Positions 50,021 through 63,990 of a DNA stretch of 64,000 nt are shown here, one piece after another; positions within the stretch are counted from its first letter, which is position 1, and each line of letters opens with the position of its first letter. The DNA comes from Octopus sinensis (Eukaryota). Under the pieces are notes generated by a model that had not been told where the DNA came from, ran no database searches, and saw only the letters and a program-made list of their open reading frames with translations. The translations under genes and the position numbers were made by a program. The DNA lies in assembly GCF_006345805.1 (NCBI RefSeq), contig NC_043008.1, forward strand, positions 49,042,001-49,106,000, in the 5' to 3' direction.

Positions 50021-50453
50021 AAGTTAATGATTCATAAATTTAATTTCAATTTAAAATATATTTTTGTTCATCTTTTGTCTATCATTTTCATTATTTGTTT
50101 ACTAATTAATTTTTATTTTTGAATTGCGACTGCTTTAAATAATTATTTTTTAAATATTTGAAAAATGTTATTACTACTACTACTACCACCATTATTACCA
50201 TTATTATTATTATTATTATTATTTTTGAAACGAATTTAAATGCTATTTTTTTGTTTAGTTTTTATTATGTCTCTCATCTAAAGTTTCTTTATACAGTTTA
50301 TATTATGGATGAATGCATACTAATAAAAATAATAATAATAAAATAATTTTAAAAAAACCGAAAAAAAAATCGTTATACGTTGTTTTTTGGTGTTTATTCA
50401 AATTTCTAAATATTTCAGTTTTTGGTTCTGATCGGTCTGAAAACTCACTCGGT

Positions 50454-50580
50454 GACTGATGTGATTGACGATGGTGATTGATTGGGATTGGTGTTGACTG
50501 ATGTGATTGATGATGGTGATTGGTTGTGATTGGTGCTGACTGATGCGATTGATATGATTGATGGTGGCAATGTGGTTGGG
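50454..50580. repeat. 42-bp minisatellite, about 3 units
   Basis: gactgatg starts at 50454, 50496 and 50538. Confidence 0.75.
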
Positions 50581-52452
50581 AGTGGTGAGGTAATGGATAA
50601 TGTTGACGGGACGTGGTGGTGGTGATGTGATTGATATGATTGATGGCATTTGAGACGTGATTAGTGGTGGTATTGCTAGTTTTTGGTTTATTGTGAGGCA
50701 CAATGCCTATCATGTTGAAAGACTGATCTACTAATATACACCTGGCTGGGTGGGAAGAGGCTACCAAGTTACAAAGGATTCCTACTGAATTCTTCCGCAA
50801 ACAAACGCTCTTTGTTTGCTGTGGGTGTTTTCTTTCAGGTACTCGTTACTAGATACCAACTTGTTGGTTAGGGTCAGGTCACACCTCACCACACCCCCAG
50901 GATATTCAGAACGTAAAATACCAAAACAAATACTGCCGACCATTTTGTCTATTGCTCCAGTCTGGCCTTCATTTTATTGACCCATGGAAAGATAAAAAGC
51001 AAAATTCACCTCAGCAGGGTTTGATATCAGAACTTAAAGTGTCAAAGCAATTACTGCAGAATATGTTATCCAATGCACCGATTATTGCACCATTCCACTA
51101 CTTTGGGTTGTAACTCATTTTATTGACCCAGGGAAGGATAAAAGCATATTTGACCTCGACTGGATTTGAACGAATACCACAAAGCATTTTGTCCGTTGTT
51201 ATTCACTACCTACTCACTGCCCCAGACTAGGACTTTATTATATTGACCTCACCCCACTCCCACCCTGTCCCAAACTTCCCATCTCAGAAGGGTGAAAAAC
51301 AATGTTGAAACACTATGATTTGAACTCAGAATGTATGGGAGTGCAAAGCAGCTTATCCAATGCACTAATAATTCCAGTAACCCACCAGTCTGGATCTCGG
51401 AAATGAAGATGACTTCAGCAGCATCGGAACTCCGAATGTAAAGAGCTGGAACAAATCCTGCAAGACATTTTGTCTGTTGCTCCACCGATTCAGAAATGAA
51501 GTGAAACAGTAAACAACCGGCAGGCGAATTTTGACCAGAACCTTCCTTCTGCTGCCATGGCTGTTTGTTGGACTTAAAAGAAAAGAAAAACATTCTGCTT
51601 GTTTCAGTCATTGTACAGCGACCATGCACGAGCGCAGTTTTGATAGGCGTAGTCGATAAAATCGATCTCAATATTGATTTTCCCTTTGGTACTAATTCTA
51701 TTGGCGGTCAGCTAAATTGTTAAGTTATGGGGGATGTAAACAAACCAACGCTAATTGCGAAGTAACGAGGGACCAACACAAAGGAGCAGCTCCCTATATA
51801 CACACGCACACACACACACACACACACACATTGTTGTGACCCCCCTCGGTCATGAAAGACCACGGGGTTGCACCTAGAAAGTTACCCTCTGAGGAACAAG
51901 TCTGGGCATGGTTGTTTATGGAAGACCAACAGTCGCCCATGCATACCAGCCTCCCCTCTCCACGCCACCGATGTTATCGAAGGGAAAGGCAAAGGCCGAT
52001 TCACAGCTTGGCACCAATGACGTTGCAGCTCATTTATTAACGTGCAAGTGGCTGAGTACTCCACAGACACGTGTACCCATAACGTAGTTCTCGGGGAGAT
52101 TCAGTGTGACAAGACTGGCCCTTTGAAATACAGGTACAACGGAAACAGGAAAAAAGAGAGAGAAAGTTGTGGTGAAAGAGTACAGCAGGGTTCACCACCA
52201 TCCCCTGCCGGAGCCTTGTGGAGCTTTATGTGTTTTCGCTCAATAAACACACACAACGCCCGGTCTGGGAATCGAAACGGCGATCCTACGACCGTGAGTT
52301 TGCTGCTCTAACCACTGGGCCATTGCGCCTCCACACACACACAACACACACACACACACACACACACAAATACACATATATGTATATATATATATATATA
52401 TGTATGTATATATGTATGTATATATATGTATATATATGTATATATATGTATG

Positions 52453-52486
<34 letters not shown>

Positions 52487-53902
52487 TGCATGTATGAATA
52501 TTGTGTGTCCATCTTCATTATCATCACCGGTCTAACATCTAAATTCCCATACTTGCATAGCTCAGTAGGAATTCGTTTGCAGATTTCCTATTCTCGGATG
52601 CTCTTCCTGCAGCTTACCCTCACCTGTTTCCAAGTAAGATGATATTTCCCCATGGCCAAATATGTTTTTCATCGAAGATTGCAAACGAATGACATCGCTA
52701 GAATGACAGTGACACGCGTTTATAACCATCGCAACATGTGGTATCTAGGCAAGGGGCCGGACATACACTCATAAATACATACATACGTACGTACGTAGCC
52801 AAATAACACTAAATTTATCCCTCAACTGCCTTAAAAGAGAGAATGAAACATTAGTTCTAAGCATTCGAAAAATACCTGAACGGGATGGTCACAGCTGGAA
52901 TGTCTTCGACAAAAAGTATGATCAATCAGGGTTGACCTGGGTTTTAAAAGTATGCTAATATTTATAAATGCAAAAATAGAAAAAAAATATGGTAGAATGC
53001 TTTCTTTAGTTCAAATGTTTGTTCTATTGTCACCAGAATTTTTCTAATACTTGTAAATAAGCATTTCCCCAGATATCGTACGATCTTTAAACAGAAATAA
53101 CGTAAAAGTGAGGCACAGTCGCAGGAAAATCGCCGCTGCCTCTGTTGCCAATTTAAGAAGAAGAAATCTTATTAGTACGAACACGCAAAGCTCTACTAAG
53201 CTCTACTATTTATATAATTGCAATAATAATAATACAAGCTCTTTCACCAATATATCTTATATAATCATAGTTTATCGAGCTGATTTTACAGAAAACCCTT
53301 TAAACAAAGATTCACACATCACATATATACATTCAGATAAAAAGAAACTCATCTTACAAGTCTAAATATGTTTGGAGTTTAAAGGATTTTATTAAGAACA
53401 AGTAAAATATCGATTGGCCAGTTATAGAACTCGTGTCTTCATACATTAATAGCTCCAGAAAATGCAGTCTATGTGTCTTGGAGAGGTGTAAATTTTTGCA
53501 ATTTTGAACAAAAGACCGGAATTTGTAAATTCTTACGTACGCTCCCATTATTATTTATTAAAGAATTGCCAACTAATAAGTCCCTAAAGCATTTCCAGCC
53601 AATAAGTCTCCAACTTCCTATATTTATAAAATTACATTTATAATCAATTAAAGATAATATTTCATACATAATATTTACCAAGATCAAAACTTCATCAACA
53701 AAAGGTTACTCCCCTTGCGTATGTGTGTTCCATTTCCATGACAGCGAAGACACGAATATATATTTTTGCACATGAAAAGGTGAGAATACAGCATATTCGG
53801 TGAATGCTAATAAATACATATATGACGCATATTCTAAAGCTTTTCTGGCAACCAATAAAATCTCAAAGCATTTGTGAATATTTTTGCTTATACATGGTCA
53901 CG

Positions 53903-54002
53903 NNNNNNNNNNNNNNNNNNNNNNNNNNNNNNNNNNNNNNNNNNNNNNNNNNNNNNNNNNNNNNNNNNNNNNNNNNNNNNNNNNNNNNNNNNNNNNNNNN
54001 NN
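53903..54002. other. Assembly gap (100 N, placeholder of unknown size)
   Basis: Run of exactly 100 N. Confidence 0.99.
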
Positions 54003-55332
54003 ACACCTTTTATCAGTTCAATAATAAAAAATTAAATTATACCATTTAGAAAAATCACATCTTAAAGAAAGATTAAATATAAGATAAAACATATAACAAT
54101 GATTGAGTAAAGTGCAAAATAATAAATAAAACGTATATATTTGGTAGAATAACGACACGTGTTTCATGGCTATATTTAAGAAATGATAATAGTAAAATCA
54201 CTTTAATATAAATATAGTCACTCTTCAGGGTAAAGATAAAATAATTAGATAAATTAATACATATACGTAAATAATCTTGTAAAATACGAAATATCTTAAC
54301 AAATATATTCTTGTTTAAATAAAAATAAATAAAATAAAAAATAAGATACAATTAATTAAAATAAATATATATATATATAATAATAAATATATATATATAT
54401 ATAATACAAAATATACATTAAGTGAAAACTAAATACTATAATATAATCTATATACATTAAATTAAATTATTAATTAATTTATTTATTTAACAAACATTTA
54501 AATAAAATCTTATACTTATTAAGTAATTTATATTAAGAACCTTAATATTAAGTAATATACATAATGTTAGTACAAGCTATAAATATTAGAATTAAAAATA
54601 GGAAATGGTTCAAATATATACACACCTATTATATAAACTAACTATATTATTAATATATATGTAGTATCAATAGATTTTGTTTTACCAAATTATATAGTTG
54701 AAGCCACTGGCTTCTTTCAGTTTCCATTCACAAGGCTTTGGTCAGTCCAAGGCAATAGTAGAAGACACTTGCTCAAGGTACCATACAGTGGGACTGAACC
54801 CGGCGCCGTGTGTTTGAGAAGCAGTTCTTACTACACAGCCACAAACACCACACACGCGCGCACACACACCGTTCTATCTGTCGCTTGATGAGAAGCTACT
54901 TTGTGAAACTCATTCCAAAAATAGTCTTCCACGATTTCAAAGCAGAGACTAAATAATGTTACAAGAAAAATAATATATATTTCTACCGTCATACAACTAT
55001 TCCCTATATTTATATATATATATATATATAATATATATATATATATACATAGCAATAAGAAAATGGAGGGGATCAATAGGTGCTGCTTCAACTTTTAGAC
55101 ATAATATTATGTTAACGTATTTATTTATTTACTAAACTGATAATTACAATAATATACATACGTATAACATATTATGCTTTATAAGATATAAAATATAGTA
55201 ATATATAAGGATACCAGTAAATTTTTATAAAATAACAAACATGAATATAAATTGGGAAAATTACTTACAGCTGTTTCAGCCAAGAGGTAAAAATACCTCA
55301 TTCTACCTTTATTACTCAAAACTTTCTAGGAG

Positions 55333-55379
<47 letters not shown>

Positions 55380-55450
55380 ATATATATTATTATTATTATT
55401 ATTATTATTATTATCTCTATCTGTATATTTTCTTTCTTTCTACCCAACAG

Positions 55451-55558
55451 CGATTAAAACGAATTACTACACCTACAGAAAACTGGGGACCTGCTGGGAA
55501 AGCTAAGAAAGACATAGAACACGAAATGAGTGGAATGGATAATAAAGCATTTACCTGA
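55451..55558 (+). CDS. Terminal exon of an SLC6 sodium:neurotransmitter/amino-acid symporter (RLKRITTPTENWGPAGKAKKDIEHEMSGMDNKAFT*)
   Basis: Polypyrimidine tract plus caacag acceptor, phase 0. The RL-x5-P-x3-WGP motif matches the post-TM12 tail of the GlyT2/PROT/ATB0+ branch. No upstream SLC6 exons found in the window. Confidence 0.6.
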   Translation, partial: RLKRITTPTENWGPAGKAKKDIEHEMSGMDNKAFT

Positions 55559-57939
55559 CGGGAAATCTTAATTTTTTACGAATCTCATCTCAGGATCTGC
55601 CATTTGCAGGATTTATTTTTTAAGTTTATTTCTTAGTTTTCGTATTTTATTACCAAAAGAAATTTGAAGCTAAGGAATGAACCTCGAAAACACAAAGTAC
55701 ATTTTGCTAAAATATCACATCTTATATTAATAATTCCTGTGTTTATAATTTTTTATAATGTACATTTTAATTGTATTTTATATTTTATTTTTCATATTTT
55801 TTTTCTATCTTTAAACAATACGTTGACGGTTTTTAATATTCTCAATGTTTTTAATGAGAAATATCTTCAGAATGATTAAATGCAGCGATAAGGAGAAAAA
55901 ACCAATATGGTGTTAGTAAACGTTGTTGTCTATCGCGATAAACAAGGAAAGATAACTCCAAATGTTGGTGAAATCCCTTATTGGGCCTCGTTAACGAAGT
56001 TACACCTATTATTAAAGAGTAACAACGCAGAAATGCATACGTCCTACAATACGATGAGGTCAGTCATAACTCAGTGATGCGTTTTCATATATAATCTGAG
56101 AATTTTATCCTGAGACTATTTCTACAGAGAAACGGTCTTCCCGCGTCCGAGTGGACATAGACGTGTTAAATATTTTTGGATACACAAATATAGAGCCTTT
56201 CTTTCTGTTTGTTAAAAGAAAACCAATATATATTAATTTCCTAATTTGTTGGGAGAGGAATGTGTACTGATGTCCACTTCACATCCTTGCTCCTGAGAGA
56301 GTTCACCCAGAAATTTTATAAAATCAGAAGAGCACATTTTCAGAATAGCGAGGAACTATCCAATATGACATATTATCCGGAGTATCTTCTCAAACCTCAT
56401 TTATTAATATATTTTCAATTTCAAAGCTATATTTTGCAAGATATGGCGTATAGACATTTCGACGAAACAACGAAATACCGCTGCAAATTCTGTTGACTCC
56501 AATGGAAGAGAAAAAGTCAAACTTGTATCATTTCACACAAAACCAACAAGAATAAAACTTAATGTTGTGAAGCATTTAGTCCGGCGCTATATTGCTTTTG
56601 GCAGTTTTCTTATTATCCATTAACAATTTATTTTTGAATGCTTGAGCCGGGCGGGTCAATTAAATAAGTACCAGTTGCGTACTAAGGTCGATCTAATCGA
56701 CTGGCCCCCTCCCCAAAAATTTCGGGTCTTGTGCCTGGTGTAGAAAAGAATATTTTAGAATGAAACCGACAGGTAACTAGGAATCGCTGGCATGAGGTCA
56801 AACAACGTCAATACAACAGATCCATACGCCTGTAAGTTCAACAAGAGGGGAAAACGAAACTCTGAGGTCTATAAAATAATTACCAGTAACTAAGTTTCAA
56901 GCAGCTGCAGTGAAACTGTCAGCGACAGAGGTATTTCTTCAGGTTCTTTATATTCGAGGTCTAAATCCCACCGCTGTCAACTTAGATCTTGATAGATAAA
57001 GTACAAGTCAAGTAGATGACATCGGATAAGCCACTCCTTTGCTGGGATTTTGTTTTTGTGTCTAAATCAGGAAGCATTATAAGTGACAAGCTGGCAGAAT
57101 CGTTAAAGAGTCAAAAAGATTGTTTTGCGATATGTTCCGACTCTTCAAGTTCTGAGTTCGAAATCCGCTGAGCTCAACTATATTTTTTTATTGTTTCAGT
57201 CATTTGACTTCGGCCATGCTAGAGCACCGCCTTTAGTCGAACAAATCGACCCCGGCATTTATTCTTTGTAAGCCTAGTACTTATTTTATCGGGCTCTTTT
57301 GCCGAACCACTAGGTTTCGGGGACGTAAACACACCAACATCGGTTGTCCAGTGATGGTGGAGGGGCAAACACAGACACACAAACATATCCATTATATATA
57401 TGACGGGCTTCTTTCAGTTTCCGTCTGCCACATCCACTTACAGGGCTTTGGTCGGCCCGAGGTTATAGTAGAAGACACTTGCCCAAGATGCCACGCTGAA
57501 CCCGGAACCATGTGGTTGGTAAGCGAGCTTCTTACCACACAGCCACGCCTGCGCCTATATTTTGCCTCTCATTCTTTGAAGTTTAACCTTTATGGTTAAT
57601 AAAAAATCAATTCTTTGACTGAAGTTAATGGCATCGACTAATTCCCAACTTTGAAAATTATTGGCTTTTGTCTAAGTCAAAAGTAATTATTTTTAGCTGA
57701 ACTCACTTCGAGTTATACTGTTGGGTGACTTACATCAAACTCATCGTAATCATTTTCTTTTAAAGGTCACGAAATGCATAGCTGAGGGCCGGTAACCTTT
57801 CTTCCACAACCCTGTCTATACACAGCCCTTGTATAACCTCTCATTGAAGTATGCTTTTTTTTTACACAGAAGACTGAATACGATGGAGGGGTTAAACAAA
57901 TATATTGGGCCACAATAATTTCCTTAATTTCCTCATTGG

Positions 57940-58300
57940 TCAGTTGAGACAGTGTCACGTGACAACTGGCTGGGGCTGCCTGCTGGAGCCTAGCAGCAGG
58001 TATTTAAAGGGAAAAAATTTGACAAGTCAGTCAGTCGCCCGCTGACACTCGTTGACGTTACATCGAAGAGGCCAGGGAACAGAAGAAAGAAGAAGAAAGA
58101 AGACATGCACCCAACACCAGAGCTGAAGACACCTCCGAAAGGCGGGGCCCTGCCACGTCAAAACAGTAGAGGAGTAGGGGCCGAAACCAGACGTGTTTCC
58201 TCCTGATGATGTCTTGAGCTAACTGGATCCTATAAAGGAGCTGTTGTGGTAGCAGACCACAAAACACGGTTGAAATTCCCCTTCCTTTTGTAATATTTGT
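57940..58300 (+). mobile_element. Interspersed repeat, possibly a solo LTR, copy 2
   Basis: See 30995-31345. Confidence 0.45.
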
Positions 58301-58964
58301 GTAACAAATAACGCGTATGGGTTCTGTTATGAGTGGTGTTAGATCCAGAATCTGTGTGTGTGTGTACGTAAACCTGAGCGAAAGAAAGAACAAGCTTTCG
58401 TAATTTAATCAAGATATCACTTTCAAATTTTGGTACAAGGCCAGTAATTTCGGGAAAGATGGGGGGGCTAAGTCAATTAAAAAACCTTATGGTTTGGGGT
58501 TCAGTCCCACTACACAGCACCTTGGGCAAGTGTCTTCTACTATAGCCCCAGACCCCGTAAGGCCTTGTGAGTGAATTTGGTAGACGGAAACTGTGTGGAA
58601 TCCTGTAGTATATATATATGTGTATATATGTGTGTATATATGTGTGTATATGTGTGTGTATATGTGTATGTGTGTGTGTGACTGTCCGTGTGTGTAGGTG
58701 TGTGTTTTTGTATTTGTTCACCTATCGGTGTTCGTTTGTTTCTGTCCCTTAATGTAGCGGTTCGACACAAGAGCCAGATACAATGAATACTAAACTTACG
58801 AATACGGGTTCGGCTATCTCTTTCGTAGTAGTACCACATTATGGTTGCAGTCCAATGATCGAGATATGTGCAGGAGTAACGGAATATCATAAAAAGAAAT
58901 GAAAGCCTTTCTAAGAAATATAAATACAAAAAATAACAGAAATATTCTATAAAAGAAAATTAAG

Positions 58965-59235
58965 ATCGTTTGCCAACATAACATGGCAGTCCTGGTTTAT
59001 GACTTATGTTGCTGTAATTTAGCCCCAGGAAACATCGTCTCCAGCTGGCTTGTTCGAAAATATAAGGACACAGATCGTGTCGTGTAACCAGCTGGAGATG
59101 TTGTCTCCTGGGGCTAAATTAAAGCAACATTCGTCCTAAACCAGGACTGCCATGTTATGTTAGCAAACAATCTTTACTACAAAGTACTGATGCTGAATAT
59201 CTCACGTTGTGAGATTTAAAAATAGTAATTTTCTA
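58965..59235. mobile_element. Inverted pair of the same PLE-like core
   Basis: tttgccaacataacatggcagtcc...ctccagctgg followed by its reverse complement ccagctggag...ggactgccatgttatgttagcaaa. Confidence 0.6.
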
Positions 59236-62200
59236 AAGAAAATAAAGTTTTCGATATTTCGACTTAAACATCTATAATCGATAAATAGAAGAAAACATTG
59301 ATGCCTCATCGATGTGATCGAGTTCAACAATAAACCCTAAATTTCAAGCTAACGTTATAATTATAATTCTAAAGGCGGCGAGCTTGCAGAATCGTTAGCA
59401 CGCCGGACGAAATGCTTAGCGTCATTTCGTCCGTCTTCTCGTTCTAAGTTCAAATTTCGCCGAATTCGACTTTGCCTTACATTCTTGTAGGGTCGATAAA
59501 ATAAGTATCTGTCATGCATTGGATTCAATGGGATTTGAACTCAGAGTGCAAAGAGCCGGAAGAAATACTGCGAGGCATTTTATCCGATGCTTTAACGAGG
59601 TGTGTGGGGAGGGGCAAGTGATCGCAAATCCGGCCGTGAGTTCTTTTGGAGTCGCAATCCAAGGCAACAGATTAGCCTGATTGTAAGAACGTCAGACCAG
59701 ATGCGGCGCATGTTGCTCCAGGATGGTCTGGGTCCGGCCAGGGCAATCGAGACATGTCCAAGCCAGACCAGATGCCGTCCAGCCCGGTCTGGCCCCAGAC
59801 TAGACGCTGTCCAGATTGCAATAGGACCATCCATGGCTGCTCAGGACGGTCCTGACATCCCTGGGGCGTTCCTGGATGATGGAATTGTGAAATATCAGAT
59901 GAGATACCTTGTGATGTTTGCTCCACTTCTTTTCATCCCGAGTTTAAATCCTACCATGCCATTCAGTGATAGTCTGATTCTCCAGCCCAGTTTAACAGTT
60001 CTTCCTGGTCTTTGGATGCACAAATCTGGGGTCAACTCTGTTGTAAATGTGCGGACTAACTCTTTCGTCTCAGGATAGCGTCCTCTGTTCCTCTCCCTCA
60101 TTTCAGGGGCCCTAAAATTATAAAGACATTGGTGCCTACCTTTCTTCCAAAACCGAAAAACTTTGACCAAAAAGAGGCAAACATTGTACTCTTTCACCAC
60201 AACTTTTACTCTTTCTTCCTGTTTCTGTTGCACCCGTATTTCAAAGGGCCAGCCTTGACACACCCTGCATCACGCCGAATCTCCCCGAGAACTACGTTAA
60301 GGGTATACGTGTGTCTGTGGAACGCTCAGCCACTTGCACGATAAATTCACGAGGTGGCTGTTCAGTTGATCGGATCAACTGGAACCCTCGTCGTCGCAAC
60401 CGACGGAGTGCAGCGACATTTGTTACATAAAACAGACCCATGCTGAGTCACGATAACCTAAATACCCAAACCATTGTTGCCAGGTAAAGGGTGCGAGGAC
60501 TTATCAAACTAATCAACACGGAAATACGTGAAGCTTGCATTATCTAGAATTATATTACCGGGAGCTTTATGTTGATTTGTCTTAAATTTCACGGAATCCG
60601 GTTTACATGTCTTGTTTATCTCAATGTTTAGCTCGGTTATCTTATCTCAGAAACAATTAAAAACGTAGAGATATGCACTTCTGCTTTATTACTCATGTTT
60701 TAACTTTTTAACTTTTTCGAAATGTCAAGTTTTTAAAAGTTATTTGGATATGGTGGTATATGCTGCACGAGATGCACCTTATCTTCGTGTTGGTCTCTAT
60801 CGGTCAGAATTTGCCATTTATTAAAAAACAAGACAAACATACGGACAGTCGGACAGTGGCGAACGGAGAGAAGGTGAAATTAGTCCGGCTATTGAATACC
60901 GGAACTGCTATTAATCTAAAAATAGCAGAAGAAACGAGTACTCGTTCTTTCGAACTCTTTCTCATCTACACAAGGCCACACAAGCTGTCCAAATAAGTCA
61001 AGAACACGAGCGATTTGAAAAAGAAAAATACCTCTTATCATATCTCAAATATTCCATTTTATTCACTCGTCAAAAATATGGCGACAACAATTTCATTGTT
61101 TCAAGACTTTACATGAAAAATGCATTTTTTTAAATATTTAGATAGATTCGGTTGTCAGTTTTTAAAAAGAACGGTCCTGAACGCCATTAGTTGGTCAAGT
61201 ATAAAGAATACGTAATATCTATTTCTTTACTACCCACAAGGGGCTAAACACAGCATTTCGCCCGACGTGCTAACGTTTCTTATTTTTTTACTACCCACAA
61301 GGGGCTAAACACAGAGGGGACAAACAAGGACAGACAAACGGATTAAGTCGATTATATCGACCCCAGTGCGTAACTGGTACTTAATTTATCGACCCTGAAA
61401 GGATGAAAGGCAAAGTCGACCTCAGCTCGCCGCCTTAGGCAAAGTATTTCTGTCATCATAATGTGTTACTCGTGAATAAGTTTGTGTCGTGAAGGTTTAC
61501 TGATGAAATTACTATCAATAACGGTCGCCGGAAATTTAACTCTCCTCACATAATTATATCCGGATTTAAAAAGGAACCAAACCCTCAGTTGCCAGAAAAT
61601 AGGTTGTGCACCTCCATCCTATGGTGTATTTTCGGTATTCAAAGCAATATAATTATTTGGTTGATCTATTTCCTTACAGCATTTTAATTATCGTCACTTA
61701 ATGAAATTCCATACATACCTAAGTATTTATAAGATTAAAAATACCTTTTTTTTATATTCTTGGCTTCAGCTGGTATGCTCTTGCAATCGGTCTCCAATAC
61801 TAAAAGGTGTTCTTTAACATTGTAAGAAACAGCAGCCACCTACTTAAAATGAAAAGAAAAGAAAAGAAATCACGTCTGAAAAATTGCTTTGAACAAGTCT
61901 ACAAGTCTGTCCACACAAGGCTGATCAACAGCAAAGAAAACTAGTCATACATAAAAGAAAACACGAAACACAACAGAAATGATTTAACGTATAAAAGTCC
62001 ACAGCGACATACTTTCTTACATATTTTATTGACTCTCACAATAAACAATACAACATTTATTTAAATACTGACGCGGAATTTACAAAGTGGATGGTTTTCA
62101 TATGTCAAATATGTTTTGCTTAAATTTGATCCTGATTTATTTTAGGTGGTCTGGCTCTCTCGTTTCATATTTTTCTTTTTCGTAATTTCTAATATCATTT

Positions 62201-62718
62201 TGTGTTGAGAATCTTATCAACGGATTCTTTTCTGATTCGCTTCATGGTTTTATTTCTTCGCTGTAAGCATTGCATTCGAGTGGAGCAGCTTATGCAGGAC
62301 ATAAATAAACAGTGGTTATATATTCTTTTCTGCTCTAGGCACAAGGCCCGAAATTTTGGAGGAGGAGTGGCCAGTCGATTAGATCGACTCAACTGGTACT
62401 TATTTATTAGGCGTGTTACAATAAAACTGACCTCTACGAGTATTCTCGTACCTGGCGAAATTTTATGGATTGCCAACTACGAGATAACCCGTAGTTAGCC
62501 TTCAACGTGTTAAACGAATCATGGCTGTTATCCTTCCTTTTTTAATTAAATCAGTAAAAAAAGAATATAAAAACAGTCAACCAAATCAATGTCTTTTGTC
62601 GCAAACTCTCAACCTTCTCACTCATAAAATAAATTCCTAAATTCATTCATTGGTTAATTAAAAAGTGCAAACGTTTATTAATGAGGCAAAGACTCACAAC
62701 AATCTGGAACAAACTGGT

Positions 62719-63335
62719 CTTTCTCTCCTTTTCCTTTCTTTCTTTTCTCTTTCTTTCTTTCTCTTCTCTTTCTTTCTTTCTTTTCTCTTCTCTTTTTCTC
62801 TCCTCGTTCTCTTCTCTTTTCTTTCTTTCTTTTCTTTTCTCTTTCTCTTCTCTTTCTTTCTCTCCTCTTTCTCTTCTCTTTCTTTCTCTTCTCTTTCTTT
62901 TCTCTTTTCTCTCCTCTTTCTTTCTTTCTCTTCTCTTTCTTTTCTCTTTTCTCTCCTCTTTCTTTCTTCCTCTTCTCTCCTCTTTCTCTTCTCTTTCTTT
63001 CTTTCTTTTCTCTCCTCTTTCTCTTCTCTTTCTTTCTCTTCTCTTTCTTTTCTCTTTTCTCTCCTCTTTCTTTCTTCCTTTTCTCTTCTCTTTCTTTCTC
63101 TTTCTTTCTTTTCTCTTTTCTCTCCTCTTTCTCTTCTCTTTCTTTCTTTTTTCTTTTTTCTCTCCCCTTTCTCTTCTCTTTTCTTTCTTACTTTCTTTCC
63201 TCTTTCTCTTCTCTTTCTTTCTTTTTTCTTTTTCTCTCCTCTTTCTCTTCTCCATTTTTCTTTCTCTTCTCTACTTCTCTCTCTCTCCCTTTCTCTCTTT
63301 CCTCACTTTTACTCATTCTCTCTTTTTGCCTTGAC
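62719..63335. repeat. Long polypyrimidine (CT/CTT) low-complexity tract
   Basis: About 600 nt almost entirely C and T. Confidence 0.95.
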
Positions 63336-63349
63336 ATATCTCTCATGTG

Positions 63350-63675
63350 AAGGCATGTGGCTTAGTGGTTAGGGATATTCAGCTCACAATCGTATAGTTG
63401 TGAGTTCAATTCCCGGCAGCGCGTTGTGTCCTTGAGCAAGACACTTTATTTCACATTGCTCCAGTCCACTCAGCTGGGAAAAGTGAGCTGTACCTGTAAT
63501 TCAAACGGGGCCAACCATGTCGCATTCGGTGTCATGCTGGATCTCCCTGACAACTATGTTAAGTGTAGGCGTGTCTGTGGAGTACTCAGCCACTTGCACA
63601 TTGATTTCAAGAGCAAGCTGTTCCGTTGATTAGATCAACTGGAACGCTCGTCGTCGTAATTGACGGAGGACCAGT
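63350..63675 (+). mobile_element. tRNA-derived SINE, long family
   Basis: ggcatgtggcttagtggttaggg...gagttcaattcccgg...gtgtccttgagcaagacacttt. Confidence 0.7.
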
Positions 63676-63931
63676 TTGTATCACAACCATTTTCTACCCA
63701 CTTTTTTCATAATTTCTCTACCTTTTTATCCCCTCTTTCTCCCTCTCTTTCTTTCATTGTCTTCCTCATTAATTCTCCCCCCTCTCTCTCTCTCTCACAC
63801 TCTATCTATCTATCTATCTATCTTTACTCTTACATCTCTCCTCATTTCTCTCAAACTCTTCACAGTCTTCTTACCTATTTTTTATATTTACTTGTAACAC
63901 TCCCTCTATCACTCCTCTTCCTTTCTTTCTT

Positions 63932-63990
<59 letters not shown>

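Noticed and set aside
53050-53900. Non-repeat region with several CCAAT-like boxes
   Set aside because: No associated exon or TSS evidence, and the motifs are short enough to arise by chance.
54150-54235. Minus-strand CTGAAGA...GAAACACGTG
   Set aside because: Position 17 would be G and no stem I forms.
58195-58285. CTGATGA...AAAC..GTT hammerhead-like match (also minus strand near 31010-31090)
   Set aside because: Stems I and II do not pair adjacent to the core.
62647-63372. 200-235 aa ORFs on both strands (K/E/R-rich or F/S/L-rich)
   Set aside because: Artefacts of a CT-only low-complexity tract; no splice sites or coding complexity.
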